From NCBI GenBank assembly GCA_027038235.1, contig JALVXV010000116.1, positions 1 to 46,689 on the forward strand: 46,689 bases of DNA, in the 5' to 3' direction. Made by a program: the position numbers and the translations under genes. The notes beneath the pieces are model-generated. The model was given only the letters and a program-made list of their open reading frames with translations, searched no databases and was not told the origin of the DNA. The DNA comes from Campylobacterales bacterium (GTDB taxonomy: Bacteria > Campylobacterota > Campylobacteria > Campylobacterales > JALSKU01). Of the stretch, positions 46,147 through 46,689 are shown one piece after another; the stretch's first letter is position 1, and each line of letters starts with the position of its first letter.

Positions 46147-46689
46147 TTAGACATTTAAATTGCTTATCAATTCTAAACTTTTATCTATGCTCTCTTGTAA
46201 AAATTTATGCAAACCATTTTTATCATTTATTGCTTTTAAATATTCATCTCTATTTTCATTTTTTATTAATGGTGGAATTATATTATTTTGTATAGCTTGA
46301 TAAGCCATTAAAAGTCTCCCAACTCTTCCATTACCATCTGCAAATGGATGTATCCTTTCAAATAATATGTGAAACTCTGCCATATCTTCTAAATTCATAC
46401 TGTTACTTTTAAATCTATAAAGTAGATTTTCTATATCATTTGAAATCATATGAGGGGCTGATAATTTTATATCCACACCTTTAATATATCTTTCATCAAA
46501 CCTATAAGCTCCTATAGGTTTAGTTATATACTCAGGTGCTACTTTTAGGGCATCTTCAAAGATAATAGCATGAATATCTTTTATAAAGCTGCTATCAATT
46601 ATATTAGCAGGATTTTGTGATTCTCTAACTACCACATCATAGGCTTTTGCAAATCCTAAAATAATAAGTTGTTCTCCAAGTGACTTATG
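46147..46689 (-). CDS. Fic/DOC-family protein (5' end beyond the right edge of the window)
   Basis: The canonical Fic motif HPFADGNGRVGR is present. The reading frame stays open upstream of the GTG used in the track (..HKSLGEQLIILGFAKAYDVVVRESQ), all the way to the window edge. Confidence 0.85.
   Translation of the reverse strand, partial: HKSLGEQLIILGFAKAYDVVVRESQNPANIIDSSFIKDIHAIIFEDALKVAPEYITKPIGAYRFDERYIKGVDIKLSAPHMISNDIENLLYRFKSNSMNLEDMAEFHILFERIHPFADGNGRVGRLLMAYQAIQNNIIPPLIKNENRDEYLKAINDKNGLHKFLQESIDKSLELISNLNV

Overview
The window is AT-rich (roughly 30% GC) and looks like a Campylobacterota (epsilonproteobacterial) chromosome. This assignment rests on gene content and order: the cheV-cheA(Y)-cheW operon, mreBC-clpX-lpxA-fabZ, trxA/trxB, carB and hisIE. 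No database search was possible, so every product call comes from motif and family recognition in the translated ORFs.

Most of the window (about 1.2-43.7 kb) is tightly packed housekeeping genes. Many have overlapping stop and start codons.

Both edges look accessory:
- Left edge: an ORF6N-type gene that is absent from the ORF track because it runs off the window, next to an internally deleted EcoRI-family adenine methylase remnant.
- Right edge: two tandem type IV pilin-like genes behind a sigma-28-type promoter, a 0.9 kb segment bracketed by 26-bp direct repeats that holds a split membrane-protein ORF, and a partial Fic (HPFxDGNGR) gene.

The strongest signal not explained by genes is a dispersed system of 7-nt tandem arrays. 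It has three intergenic sequence families: GGATTTA/TAAATCC, AAGAGCT/AGCTCTW and GTGATTM/KAATCAC. A GC-rich fourth unit sits inside carB. The arrays occupy at least 14 gene boundaries, start on or next to stop codons, and usually occur as inverted array pairs. Their polarity relative to the flanking genes is constant: stop codon, G-rich-orientation array, loop, C-rich-orientation array, next start codon.

No rRNA gene, tRNA gene, CRISPR array or transposase was found.
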